Assembly: GCF_009914755.1 (NCBI RefSeq)
Contig: NC_060931.1
Source of the DNA: the human T2T-CHM13v2.0 reference genome, Homo sapiens
Reading direction: 5' to 3' (one strand)
DNA: 64,000 nucleotides
Below are positions 17,417 to 32,165 of the stretch, one piece after another; position 1 is the stretch's first letter; every line of letters starts with the position of its first letter. Under the pieces are notes generated by a model. That model did not search any database and was not told the origin of the DNA. It saw only the letters and a list, made by a program, of their open reading frames with translations. The position numbers and the translations under genes were made by a program.

Positions 17417-17713
17417 GTTTTTTTTTTTTTTGAGACGGAGTCTTGCTCTGTTGCCCAGGCTGGAGTGCACTGGCGCGAACTCGGCTCACTGCAAGCTCTG
17501 CCTCCCGGGTTCATGCCATTCTCCTGCCTCAACTCCTGAGTAGCTGGGACTACAGGCACCTGCCACCATGCCCGGCTAATTTTTTTTTTGTATTTTTTAG
17601 TGGAGATGGGGTTTCACCGTATTAGCCAGGACGGTCTCGATCTGACCTCATGATCCACCCGCCTCGGCCTCCCAAAGTGCTGGGATTACAGGCGTGAGCC
17701 ACCGTGCCCGGCC
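17417..17713 (-). mobile_element. AluY-like
   Basis: gcaagctc / gccattctc Y-type positions; TSD ttccaagtttt. Confidence 0.93.
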
Positions 17714-18995
17714 AACTTCCAAGTTTTGAGTAAAAATGATTTCTAACGTTGCATTCTGCCCAGAAAGTTACCAATTAAATGTGGAGTAGAGCAAAGACTG
17801 TTTAAAACATCCTGTCCCCCAAATTTAATTTCCCTGTACTTCATCTCAGGAAGCTACTGGAGTGTGGTGTCTACCACAACAAGGGAGTACTCTAAGAAGG
17901 AGGATCAGATCCAGGGAAGAGGGGCTCCCATACAAGACAGGGGAGCAGAATCCCCAGGAAGTTGACAGGTGCAAGTCCCAGGACAGCAGTGTCACAGAAG
18001 ACCTGGAAAGCAGCCAATTATGGAGAGTCGCCTCCAGGGAAAGCAAAGTCATAGTAGATTTGACCATGTGGAAAATCTTATCGAGAGACTTTTTACAGAG
18101 CTGTTGGTGGGTATGAAAAAGCTTAGGTACTGGTTTAAAGAAAACTAAGCAAATAAAATGTGAGAAAGTTACTCCAGGAAAAACTAAAAGGTGTAAAAGA
18201 ATATCTGTAATTCAGTGTATTTCCTGTTTCAGGAGCAAACAATATTTGCATAGTATAGTCTGTAAAGAACACAGGATTATGGATGGTGACCAGAGTGAAA
18301 CTAAAAATGGTGACCAGAGTGAAATTCTCTTGGGAAGATCAGAGGAAGGAAAGTGTCCCTCATCTGCCACAAGGGGAAACCTAGAATCAGTAACTCAGGG
18401 CACAGCCATGCATGGATTGTTTAGAAATACTGTGGTAATATGAATAAGCAGCTAACAACCACCACAACAAAAAGGAACTCAGTTGTGTCCTAGGAACGAC
18501 ATGGTCTGTTGGTCTTTGAGATAAGCTCCTCAACATTTTTTGACATTTTAAAGTGGTTCTGTATTGATTACCTGTAAGAAAGTAATTTTAAAAGTACCAT
18601 GTAGCCTTTTGGAAATAAACTTAATGACCTATAGTTTTTAAAAAGCTAATATATTCTCTAAGTGTGTATCAGGAAAAACACCTAAAGATTTTCTACTAAG
18701 TATAGTTTTATTTCAATGAAATTTAGAAGTATTGATATTCCTTAAATTAGCTTTCCTTCATTTTTAATAAAATTAACTTTTTGTTGAAGAAATGAGGTTT
18801 TTATTTCATTCTGTAGGAGATGTCATGTTGTAAACTTTGGTGCTTATGGAATGATGAGAATTTAAAGCAATGCAATATTTTATTTCAGTTTTGAGAGTAC
18901 TTTACGTCACCCCTGACATGTGCAATTAAAGCCAAGTGAAAAATCAGTGGCCAGAGGCGGGTTCTCTATCTCAGACTTTAGCAATATGCGGATTT

Positions 18996-19455
18996 ATGTG
19001 GTGCTAACATGTCACTTTAAAGACATTGTGTGGTGTTAACATGTCACCCTGAGACGTTCTGTGGTGCTAATATGTCACCCTAAGACGTTTGTGTGGTGCT
19101 AACCTGTCACTCTAAAGATGTCGTGTGTTGTGAATGTGTCACCCTAAAGACATTGTGTGGCATTAACATGTCACTCTAAGGATGTCATGTGCTAATGTGT
19201 CACCCTAAAGATGTGAGGTGTTAACATGTCACCCTAAGATGTTCTGTGGCACTGTCATTCTAAGGATGTCATGTGGTGACATGTCACCCTGAGATGTTGT
19301 GTGATGTTAACATGTCACTCTGAAGGCATTGTGTGGCATTAACATGTCACCCTAAAGTCATTTTGTGGCATTAACATGTCACCCCAAAGACATTGTGTGG
19401 CATTAACATGTCACCCTAAGATGGCGTGTGGGCTGGCATGCCACCCTAAGACGCT
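18996..19455. repeat. Minisatellite, ~15 units of 26-32 bp (consensus gtgtggYRttaacatgtcaccctaaagacatt)
   Basis: Units counted directly by the tgtcac core. Confidence 0.95.
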
Positions 19456-20231
19456 CACTTAGCCCAGCTTTGCCATCTGACTCTTCTCACCAGGTTTTTT
19501 CATGGGAAGCTGTACAGTAACTTGAGACTCTTTGAATGTTTTTATTTAAGTCCTTTTAAAAAAACAGTGCCTCAAAATTAGCAAATATTTTCCAACTATG
19601 TTTTTAGTCTTAGTCCCTGTAGTAAAACTTTAACACACAAACTCAGTAATAAATTCTAGTAGGTAACATTTAATGAGTGCTTTCAGTTCGTAAAAGGCAG
19701 TATTGCCACAAATTGTTGGATGAAGGGGTGAGGCATGCATTTTTTTCTTACAAACACCTTAGGAGTTGAGTGCTATGATTATTCTATTTTAGAGATAAAG
19801 AAACTGAGGTTAAATAATTTGGCCAAGTAACAAAGCCAGTATATAGATTTGGGAGAAGAGGGGTACCTGGCTTTTTAGGAGGTGTGAGCCCCATGGAAGG
19901 AAATCAAGTATTGGTATTTTAACAAAGCAAAGCAACAAAACAAAACCTATCTACTCCTAGGTTCACTTGCCATTTAATCATTTCCTTTACTACTCTCTTA
20001 GGAGTGTAGTCCTAATCCACCAAAGAAGAGACAAAATACACTATAACACTAAGATTTCAAACAGTTGAAACAAGTTTTGCCTAAGTCTTAAATAACCAGA
20101 TAGTTGAATGAATTCTAATTTTATGTGCTTTTTTTGTTTTCCAGGTAATTGATGTTTTGTTAGCCATGATACAATGTAAAAGAAATAACTTCAGAGAAAA
20201 TAATTTGTGTTTCATTTTTGTTTGTTTAAAG

Positions 20232-20414
20232 CCGGCAGCAAAAGTGGACCAAGAAACCTTGACAGAAATGGTGAAACCCAGTATTGATTATGTGCGCCAC
20301 AAAAAATTCCGATCTGGGAATTACCCATCATCATTAAGCAATGAAACAGACCGGCTGGTGCACTGGTGCCACGGCGCCCCGGGGGTCATCCACATGCTCA
20401 TGCAGGCGTACAAG
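20232..20414 (+). CDS. LANCL2: LANCL2 coding exon 6 (PAAKVDQ...WCHGAPG...AYK)
   Basis: aag| acceptor, AAG|gtcagt donor; 183 nt; WCHG zinc-ligand motif of the LanC family. Confidence 0.96.
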
Positions 20415-22239
20415 GTCAGTGCTTCCGCCGTCACGGCCGTCCCCTGTGTGGGGAGCCAGGTTTCCCTGTCAGGTTTTGGGTCTTGCTTTGGTAAGGCCAT
20501 TTGACTGTACACTAAAAACCTTTTAGAATGATTGTTTTTACAAAATAAAGTCTCTGTATTTTACCACTCATCACCACTGTCATTAGTGCTGCAAGTCTGT
20601 GTGTGTGTATGTGTGTGATTGTGTGTGTTAACAGGGTTTATATTCATGTGTAAAAGAAAACCTAGATGACAGAGCAGTGGTGAGATGATTTTCATTCTAA
20701 TGAGTATGGATATCCAGTAAGGTAGTGGACAGGATTATAACCAAAGTGCTTTTTTGTTCATTTTCACATAATTTTATTTTCTTGCTTGAATAAGCCTTTA
20801 TTGCTGGATTATGATTGTCCAAGAACTTTTGAGTTTAAAATTGTTATGTTATTCTCAAGACATAGTGGTACTCAAATTTGTATACGTCTGGGGTACTATA
20901 GGAAAATTGGCTAAACCTTCACTGATTAATTCTCGTAGGCTTTAAATATATTTGGGCATAATATTAAGAGCGCTATTGATTTCTGTCCTGGACTAAGATT
21001 TATCATTTAAGATTTATCATTTAAGTTGAAGTGATGCTTCTTTTATAATTTTATTTTGTATTTAACACATCTGTGTTTGTAATAATTGATGTTGGAGATT
21101 GTTGCTCATACATCAGAGTATATAGCTGTAACACAATGATTGCTCTGTTCAACACAGTATTTTGGCAAGTTCTCTTTGTTTAGGATAGATAGGTGGAATT
21201 AATGGAGTGGAACTCATATTTCTACCTGGAAATAATAAGAACTGATACCTGAGTCAATTTTATTTTTTCTTTACAGCTACCGTAATAAATTACTTAGGAA
21301 AATTGTGGGGAATTATCTCTCATGATTTAGGCTAATTTCTCAGAAATTTTTAGTCCTCCTACAACAATACCAAAATATTCAAATCATATATAAGATATGA
21401 TCATTCAAGAAAACAACTCAGAAAGTTACGACGTTTGGTCAGTGAAACACAATGAAATGTATTTTTTGAAAATAAGATGCATCTTCCTAACAGTACCCTC
21501 ACTTTTACATTAAAACATAATTCTGTTCAAATCACTGCCTCCCTTTTTTAGAGTTTTGGAGCAGTTATAACTTCAGTGTCATAGAGGGACATCTGTGATA
21601 CAAATGTCCAACAATAACGTGTGAGCACAATATTGACTGTACAGACAGGGGCCCTCTGATACTTTTAAAACAAATATATAATTGCTAAAATGTGGAAGCT
21701 CCTTTTTGTCAAACTCCTTTTCCCTTCACTTTAAAGAGGCTCAGCCAACACAGCTGGGTGTTCCCGGTGGCTGATCTCTGCTGCCAGGTGTGCTTTTCCA
21801 CTGTGTTTCAACTGAGCCCTGTGGAGAGCAAGCAGGTGCCAGGAACCAGGCTGTCCTGTGGGGACCCTTCCTCCTGGGCAGTTCCATTTTCATGAGTTCT
21901 GCAGACAGTGGCCACCATCTGTTTTCACCACTGCTGGCCACTTGGGAGCAAGCCAGCACGGCTCTGCCACTGACGGGCTGCAGGTGGCTGCGGCCAGCTC
22001 CTCCTGGCAGGGCTTCTGCATAGAATACCATTCAGACACCTTGCTTTGCCCTGCTGGTTCCAAAACAAATTTCTCTCCTCCAGAAAGCATAGAGCCAAAG
22101 ATGTCAAGATCCCATACTTAGTCTTTAAAACTTAATTCTGTCCTCTACATTAAGATTCTTGAACATGAGGAACGAGGAGGAATATCAGAATCTTCTGGGG
22201 GTAGGAAGGCATCAGTGGTAATTTGAAAAAGCATATATA

Positions 22240-22420
22240 TTTTGTATTTCAAAATAGCTAGAAGAGAAGATTTGAAATGTTCCCAGCATAAATAAATGAT
22301 AAATGTTCAAGGTAATGGACATCCTGAATACATCATTACACATTGTATGCATGTATATCACATGCACCCATAAATATGTACAATTATTATATATCAATGA
22401 AAAATTTAAAAAGGAAAAAG
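22240..22420 (+). mobile_element. L1MA-type 3' end fragment
   Basis: aaaatagctagaagagaagatttgaaatgttccca...cccataaatatgtacaattatt. Confidence 0.7.
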
Positions 22421-23022
22421 CATATGTAATATGGTCTTAGAATTGGGGGTAAAAATACATCTTCTTCATAGTATAAACTACAGAAAATAAGTGTAGACTA
22501 AAGCTCTCTGCCAGCGGAGAAACAGACCCTGCGCCGTGGAGTCTGCACATCTGTTTGCGTCTCTGAGCAGAGGGCGAGGTTTGTGTTTGACCAAGGCAGG
22601 GGGTTCAGTGGGGGAGGCAAAACTAGGGAAGTACAGCTCTACACTGTTTTCTCTCAAGTTACAGTTAAGTTGAGAGGGCCTCCATTTATTAAAGCTGTCT
22701 CTTAAAATTAGGTAGGAAATGTTCAAGTTTTATGTAATAACAAGCTCTAACATTTTCTTCTCCTGGCATATGAAGTCCTAAGTTGTTCAGGCATGCTTAT
22801 GAAGGTGTAAAGTGTTCAAGTACTTGAAAAAATATTATTAATTATCCTTTACAAAGAAAACTGTAAGTTCAGTCCAGACTCACAAAATTTATTTTCCCTC
22901 CCTGTAGATGCTCATCATGTGTTAGTATTTAGTAGGGTATATACTCTTCTGTGTAGGAACGTGTATTACTTGTTAATTTAAAGTTATGTGGTATTTTAGA
23001 TGGCCTTAAAATGTAAAGGTTT

Positions 23023-23353
<331 letters not shown>

Positions 23354-23704
23354 TTAACAATATTCTACATTGTATTAGGAATTTTATTAATTGTGAATGA
23401 TTTTCTAACAAATTACATCTGACAAAAAATCATGGGTAATGGTGGCAAATTCTTCCTTCTATTCACGTTTTGAGTTCTAGGGCATTAGGAATTTGTGTGG
23501 GTTTAGCCACTGTAAACAAATACATTTGTTAAATGAGATTGTATTTGGAAAGGTAAATGCAATGTCCAAAAAAGGCATATAATACCCCCACCAGGGTGAC
23601 ACGAGTGCAGTCCTTAGATGCTGAACTGAATCTGGCAGCAGCCACAGCATCACTGCTTGTGCCCACACGCCTGCCCTGGGAAGCCCCAGAGAGAACTGCA
23701 TTGG

Positions 23705-23723
23705 GAGTGCCCCCTGGTGGCCA
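23705..23723 (-). promoter_or_regulatory. CTCF motif TGGCCACCAGGGGGCACTC
   Basis: 17/19 identity to the canonical consensus TGGCCACCAGGGGGCGCTA. Confidence 0.75.
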
Positions 23724-23939
23724 ACTATTGTATATATGTCAGAAAATGCTTTCATACAAATTCTGTTCCCGAAGCTTGTTTGCAAGTTGATTATTTGAAA
23801 CATGGAATGTTTTTCTAGGGGTATCAGAATTACTTGAAAAGTTTTTTTAAGCTATACTTTTTTTCCTCCTTACTCAAGATTCTGATACCTTCTTAATTTT
23901 AAGCATCACTTAAATAAATGTACCATAGTTTATCATTGT

Positions 23940-24241
23940 TTTTCTTTCTTTTTTTTGAGACACAGTGTCGCTCTGTCTCCCAGGCTGGAGTGTGCAGTGG
24001 CGCAGTTTTGGCTCACTACAACCTTTGCCTCCTGGGTTCAGGTGGTTCTTGTGTGTTAGCCTCCCAAGTAGCTGGGATTACAGGCACACGTCACCATGCC
24101 TGGCTAATTTTTTGTATTTTTAGTAGAGACGGGGTTTCACCATGTTGCCCAGGCTAGTCTTGAACTCCTGACCTTAGGTGATCTGCCTGCCTTGGCCTCC
24201 AAAACTGCTGGGATTACGGGCATGAGCCACTGTGTCCGGCC
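23940..24241 (-). mobile_element. AluS/J
   Basis: Antisense dimer; TSD agtttatcattgttttt. Confidence 0.93.
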
Positions 24242-24614
24242 AGTTTATCATTGTTTTTCATCGGTTTCCAGGTTTTGGCTATTAGGAACAAGCTGCTATG
24301 AACATTCTTGCACAGGTCTGTCTAGAGACACATGTCTTCATTTCTTTTGGGTTAATATCTAGGAGTAGAATTACTGGATCGGAGGGTAGGTGTATGTTTA
24401 GTTTTAGAAATTGCCACTTTTTCCACAAGTTCTGGTTGTTCTGCATCTGCCAACACTTGATGTTGAAAGTCTTTTTAATTTTAATTATTTTGGTGGGTAT
24501 TTCATTGTGGTTTTATTTGTATCTTCCTGATTGACCAGGGTTGATTAATGTTGCATGTGCTCATGGGCCAATTGTGTATCTTCCTTTGTTGACTGTCTCT
24601 TCATATCTTCTTCT

Positions 24615-24908
24615 TATTATTATTATTTTTTGAGACAGGGTCTTGCACTGTCACCCAGGCTGGAGTGCAGTGGTGGATCTTGGCTCACTGTAGCCTCGAC
24701 CTTCAGGGCTCAGGTGATCCTCCCACTTCAACCTTCCAAGTAGCTGGGGACTACAGGCACGTGCCACCACACCTGGCTAAATCTTTTTATTTTTGTAGGG
24801 GTCTTGTTTTTTGCCCAGGCTGGTTTCGAACTCGTGGACTCAAGCAATCTTCCTGTCTTGGTCTCCCAAAGTGCTGGAATTATAGGTGTGAGCCACTGTG
24901 CCCAGCCT
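24615..24908 (-). mobile_element. AluJ-like
   Basis: Antisense dimer with (tta)n tail. Confidence 0.9.
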
Positions 24909-25284
24909 GTCTCTTCGTGTGTTTTACCTACATTGTTTTATTTTATTTTATTTTTGTCTTTTTGCTATTTTTGAAAGAATTCTTTATATGTTCTGGTTAA
25001 AGTCCCTCTGTCAGATATATATCGTACAAATAATTTCTCCCTGTCTGTAGTTTGCCTAATCATATTCTTTATGGTATCTTTTGACTAATAGAGTTTTAAA
25101 TTTTGATAAAATCTATTTTTCAATGTTTTCTTTTTATGATAATTACTGTCTGTGTTTTGTCTAAGAAACCTTATCTACCCTCAGGTTATATAGATAATAC
25201 TCTCCTTTAATCTTTATTGTTTTAGATTTTACCTTTAGGCCTGTGATTTATCTCAAATTAAGTTTTGTATATTACATGAGGTAA

Positions 25285-25607
<323 letters not shown>

Positions 25608-26018
25608 GAGGTGTTTTTTTTTAACCATAGGGATATCTGATTGTTCCCATACCTTTTGTGGAAAAGACATTTATTTTTCCCATTTGATTGATTTTGGTTC
25701 CTCTATCAAAAATCAAATGACCTAATAAGCCTGGGTCTGTTTCTGGACTCTATTCAGTTACTTTGGCCTGTTTACCTACATGATATTACCACGTTGTTTT
25801 TCTTATTCTGCATTTATTGTAAGTTTTGAGATCAGGTAACTTAAGACCTCACTTTGTTCTTTTTCAGAATCACTTTGAATATTCCAAGTCCTTTGTATTT
25901 TCATATAAGTTTTAGAGTCCATTTGTCAGCTTCTAAAAATGGAGCCTATTGGAGTTATGAGTCAGAGTGCATTGAATCATTGAATCTCTAGATCCACTTG
26001 GGTAGAACTAACTGACAT

Positions 26019-26422
<404 letters not shown>

Positions 26423-26513
26423 TTAACACATCTTCTGTTAAATTTATTCCTAGATATGTTATTTATTTACATTTTCCAATTATGTATTGCCAGTATATAG
26501 AAATACAATTGCG

Positions 26514-26808
26514 TTTTTTTTTTGGAGACATAGAGTCTCACTCTGTTACCCAGGCTGAAGTGCAGTGGTGTGATCACGGCTCACTGCAGCCTCTACCTCC
26601 CCAGGCTCAAGATATCCTCCTGACTTAGCTGAGTAGCTGGGATTACAGGTGTGCACCACCATGCCTGGCTAATTTTTGTATTTTTTTGTAGAGATGGGGT
26701 TTCGCCATATTGACCAGGCTGGTCTCAAACTCCCAAGTTCAAGGGTTCTACCCACCTCGGCCTCCCAAAGTGCTGGGATTACAGACTTGAGCCACTGTAA
26801 CTGGCCAC
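26514..26808 (-). mobile_element. AluJ-like
   Basis: Antisense dimer. Confidence 0.9.
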
Positions 26809-27721
26809 AGCTGCTTTTTGTATATTGACTTTATATTCTGTGCTAAATTCACGTATCAGTTCTGGTAGCTTTTTATACATTACTTAGGATTTTCTGTGTA
26901 CACATATTGTATCTGTGAGTTTTCTTCTTCCTTTCCAACCTCTGTGCCTTTTATTTCCTTTACCTCTTTTATTACATTGGTTAGGAGCTATAGTATAATA
27001 TTGAATAGAAGTGGTCAGAGTGGACATCTTTGCTTTATTCACAATCATAGAAAAAAATATTAAATATTTCCCCATCAAATATACTTTTAACTGTTTTTCT
27101 TAGATGGCTTTTATCAGATTGAAGAAGTTTCCTTTTATTACTGGTTATCATGAAGGGATGTTGAATTTTGTCATTTTTTTTTCCTGGATTTATTCAAACG
27201 CTCCTATGGTTTTCCTCTTTTGTTTTATTAATATGGTGATTTTACATTGATTGGTTTTTAAAAGTTGAGTCAACCTTGCATTCCTAGTATAAACCTCACT
27301 TGGGCATGATTTTTATCCTTTTCTTTTTATTAATATTGCTACATTTGGTCTGCTAATATTTTGTTAAAGATTTTTATGTTTCTTAGTACATATTTTCTTT
27401 TTCTATAAAATCTTTGTTTTTATTAGGAATCAGGTATCAGGATTATGCTGGTCACGTACATGAGTTGGAAAGTGTTTTCTCTTATTTTCAGAAAGATTTT
27501 GTGTACAATTGGTGTTATTACTTGCTTAAATGTTTGTGGGAAAATTTTTTATTATGAATTCAATTTCATTAATAGAATCATTTTGCATCAGTTTTGTTAA
27601 TTGTGTTTTTCAATATGTTTTCTCATTTTATCTAAGTTGTCAAATTTATTGGCATAATGTTATTCATACCTCTTTTTTTTAATGTTTAGTAAGGTCTGAA
27701 GTGATAGTTTCTCTTTTGTTC

Positions 27722-28135
<414 letters not shown>

Positions 28136-28202
28136 TAGCTTTATCTATTTTCTATTTCATTGATTTTTCTTCTTTTCTTTTTAAAACTTCCTTCTATGGT
28201 TC

Positions 28203-28423
28203 TGGGCCCAGTGGCTCACTTCTATAATTCCAGCACTTTTGGAGGCCAAGGTGGAGGATAGCTTGAGGCCACAAGTTCAAGACCAACCTGGGCAACATAG
28301 TGAGACCTCATCTCTACAAAAAATCCAAAATTATCTGGGCATGGTGGTGCCACTGCACTCTAGCCTAGGTGACAGAGTCAGACCCTGTCTCAAAAAAAAC
28401 ATAAAAAATAAAAAATAAATAAA
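28203..28423 (+). mobile_element. Alu with most of the right arm deleted
   Basis: ggtggtg joined directly to ccactgcactc. Confidence 0.85.
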
Positions 28424-28912
28424 ATTTCTATGGACTTTAGATTTACTTTGCTCTTTTCTAACTTTTTAAAGTGGAATCTTAGGTTTTGTACCTTTCTTTT
28501 TTTCTAATACAGGCATTTAAAGCTTTACATTTTCCTCTAAGCACTATTTTAGCTCTGTTCCCAAATATTTTATGTCTTGTTTTCATTTTCATTTAGTTTT
28601 AGATATTCCCTAATTACCCTTATGATTTCTCTTTTGATTCATGGGTTATTTAGAAGTGGGTTGTGTGTTTTTCAGATATTTGAGAATTGTGTGGATATTT
28701 TCATCGATTTCTGATTTAATTCCATTGTTGTTACAGAACATATTATGTACGATTTAACATTTTAAAATTTACTTAGATGTATTTTATGGCCCAGTATTTA
28801 GTCTGTCTTGACGAATGTCCCACGTGCGTTTGAATGGTCTAGTTGTCAGGCATAGTGTGCTAGAAATGTCAGTTAGGCCAATGGTTGGATGTATTGTTCA
28901 GATCTTCAATTA

Positions 28913-29112
28913 CAGAGGTCAGCGAACTTCCTGTAATGACCCAGATAGTAAATATTTTAGGCTTGTGGTCCATGCAGTTTCTGCAACCACTCAGTTCTAT
29001 CATTGTAGCACAAAAGCAGCCACAGCCAGTGTGTGAATGAACCATCATGACCTCACTCCAGGGAACTTCGTTTACAGATCAGACTGTGTGGGCTTGTAGT
29101 GTGCTGACCCTC
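28913..29112. mobile_element. MER58A-like hAT-Charlie element
   Basis: cagaggtcagc...ccagatagtaaatattttaggctt...gctgaccc termini. Confidence 0.7.
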
Positions 29113-29608
29113 ACAGATTTGCCTTACATATTTGTTTCGGCTGTTTGTTTACTCAGTCATGGGAGGAGGAGTTTTACAGTCTCCCAACTGTTTATTTTCT
29201 TCTCTTTAATTTTCTTAGTGTTTGCTTCATGTATTTTGAGGCTCTGTTCTAATACATGTTTATGATGGTTATGTTTTCCTAATGAATTGACTCTTTTATC
29301 ATCATGGAATGTTCCTTTTATCTCTGGTAATATTCTTTATCTTGAAGTCTACTTTGTCTGATATTAATGCAGCTGCTCCAGCATTTTGTAATTACTGTTT
29401 GCATGACACATCTTTTTGCTTTCAACCTGTATGGGACTTGTGTTATAGCTAGTCTAATAATCTCAGTGTTTTAATTGGAATTAGTTCATATATATTTAAT
29501 GTAATTATTGATGTGGTTGGATTCAGCTCTGCCATTTTAAATTTTTTAAAATTACATTTTGTGTGTTTCCTCCCTCTACTTTTTCTTTCCTGCCTTTTTT
29601 TTTTTTAG

Positions 29609-29969
<361 letters not shown>

Positions 29970-30227
29970 TGTGTTAACTCTTTAACTGTATCTATTTGCG
30001 TATTTTTTTTACTAATGCTATAGGGGTTGCAATATATATGCTTAGCTTTTCATAATCTCCTTAGAGTTAACACTGAGCCACTTCGCATAAACTGTAAGAA
30101 ACTCATAGGCAGGTGGTTCTGCTTACTCCAGAGCTTTGCACTCTATCTGCCATATTTATAAAATCTATGAATGTTGTAAACCACTAATACAATGTTAGAA
30201 TTTTTGCTTTATTTTTAATTTAAAAAA

Positions 30228-30358
30228 TTGTTTTTGAAGAGACAGGGTCCTCACTATGTTGCCCAGGCTAGTCTCGAACTCCTGGGCTCAAGTGATCCTT
30301 CTGCTTCAGCCTCCTAAAGTGCTGGGATTACAGGTGTGAACTACCATAGGGGCTGGCC
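30228..30358 (-). mobile_element. FLAM / Alu left monomer
   Basis: Single left arm. Confidence 0.82.
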
Positions 30359-31924
30359 AGAAATTTTGCTTTAAATAGACCTGCATATTTTATTTGAATT
30401 GATACAAGCAAAAAAGATAGTTTTGATATTTATTTATGTATTTCCCATTTTTAGTGGTCTTTGTTTCTTCCTGAAGATCCTGATTTCTATCTGGTATTAT
30501 TTCTTTCATCCTGTAGAATTTTACTTAGTATAGGTTTAGTGACAACAAATTGATTTTCATTTGTCTTAAATTTGTTTTTATTTCACCTTTATTCTTAAAT
30601 ACAGTTTTGCTGGGTGTGGAATTCTGGGTTGACTTTTTTTTCTTTTCGGTGCTTTAAAGGCAGTGTTCCGTCGTTGTCCACCTCTGTTCTTTCAAGGTCA
30701 TTCTTTGCACTATTCTCTTGTATGGAACATGTGCTTTTTCTCTAGAGGCTTTCACAGTTTCCTCTTAATTTTGGGTTTTCAATAGTTTAACTGTTACATG
30801 CCTAGATGTATTTGTATTTATCGTGCTTAAGATCCTTTGAACTTGAATTTGTAAGTGTGTATCTTTTAGTACACTGGGGTGACTGGCCACTCTTTTCCTA
30901 CAGGTTCCTGAGGCTTTTGTTTTCCAGATTTCTCGTTCTTCTCTGTAATTCGGATCAGATGATTGCTATTTCCCTGGTTTTGTATTCATTCATGATTTCT
31001 TCTGTTATGTCCAGCCTGCTCTTAAACCCACCCAGTGAGTTTTGTAATTTTACCTATTGATGTTTTCTAGGTCCAGAATATCCCTTTGTTTCTGTCTTAT
31101 TCTCCCTTTCTCTTCTGAGGGTTCACTGATGATGAGTATAGTTCCCTTTTCATCTTTGAAGATATTTCTAGTAACTGCCTAAAACCCTTGTCCCTATTTC
31201 TGACGTTTGGGTCATCTTGGGATCCATCTGTTTTGTAGCATGGGCGCACAGGCCCAGGTCGGGTGCGGTGGAACAGGGACTCTAGCCCTGCCTCTGACTC
31301 CAGAGCCCTCGGGTTTTCCTTTGCATTGTGCTGTCTTTCCACACTTTCTGTCCTGTACTGCCCAGGGAAACTTACCATTTGGGGGAGGTAATGTGGATAA
31401 GTACATGGATTTTGTAGCCCATGTATGATTGCTGTAATACAATGTGGAGAAGATGTATCTGTGATTAAGTCCAGGAGCTTTTTTCTATAGTTCTGAATTC
31501 TTGGATGTCTCGCTGTTAGAAGTAGCTGTTTGCTTAGAGCATGAGTGTATGTGGTGGCAGGAGTGGGCATGGTAGGCTGCTGGTGCTGAGAAGCAGCAGT
31601 GCAGGCTGCATTGTGGGCATGGCTCTAGCAGCCTCAGCCTCGCAGGCGCAGGGACGGCATGAAGGAACCCTGTTCAGTTTCCCTGTGGACCATCACTCAC
31701 CCAGGCTCCACCAGCAGGGGCAGCTCCAGCTCACTTTAGGGCTGGCCTCACTGTGTGATTTCAGAACACAGCCTCTCAAACAATATCTTCTCACCCATTA
31801 GCTTTGACCAAATATTTCCTTAGGATGGGAAAACATGTTTTCCTTTACAGTTCATTTTCAGAGGCTTAAGATGCAAGTGACAGGATGAAGTGTGTGTGCC
31901 GGCACAATACCGTAGAAAGAGTAA

Positions 31925-32165
31925 TGGTTAATCATAGCCAGGAAATAGCTAGCACTTCCCATGTGCCAGGCACTGTTCCAGGAGCTCCATGGATGTGATC
32001 ACATTTTAATCTTCATAGCAAGCCACTGAGGTGAAGGAATGTCATCCCTTTATAGTTGAGAAAACTAAGACATAGACTTTCAGTGACTTATCCAAGGTCA
32101 CACAGTTAAAAGGTGACAGTAGGGACTCAGCTCAGGCTGTCTGACCCCAGAGCCCACATCTTAGC
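31925..32165 (-). mobile_element. MIR
   Basis: tgccaggcactg...gagaaaactaag...gtgacttatccaaggtcacacag core. Confidence 0.75.

Noticed and set aside
18283-18324. Short tandem duplications (atggtgaccagagtgaaa twice; also the taagatttatcatt repeat near 20994-21025)
   Set aside because: Ordinary slippage duplications with no further structure.
18996-19455. CRISPR-like repeat-spacer array
   Set aside because: The inter-core segments are homologous to each other rather than unique spacers, there are no cas genes, and the context is a primate intron. It is a minisatellite.
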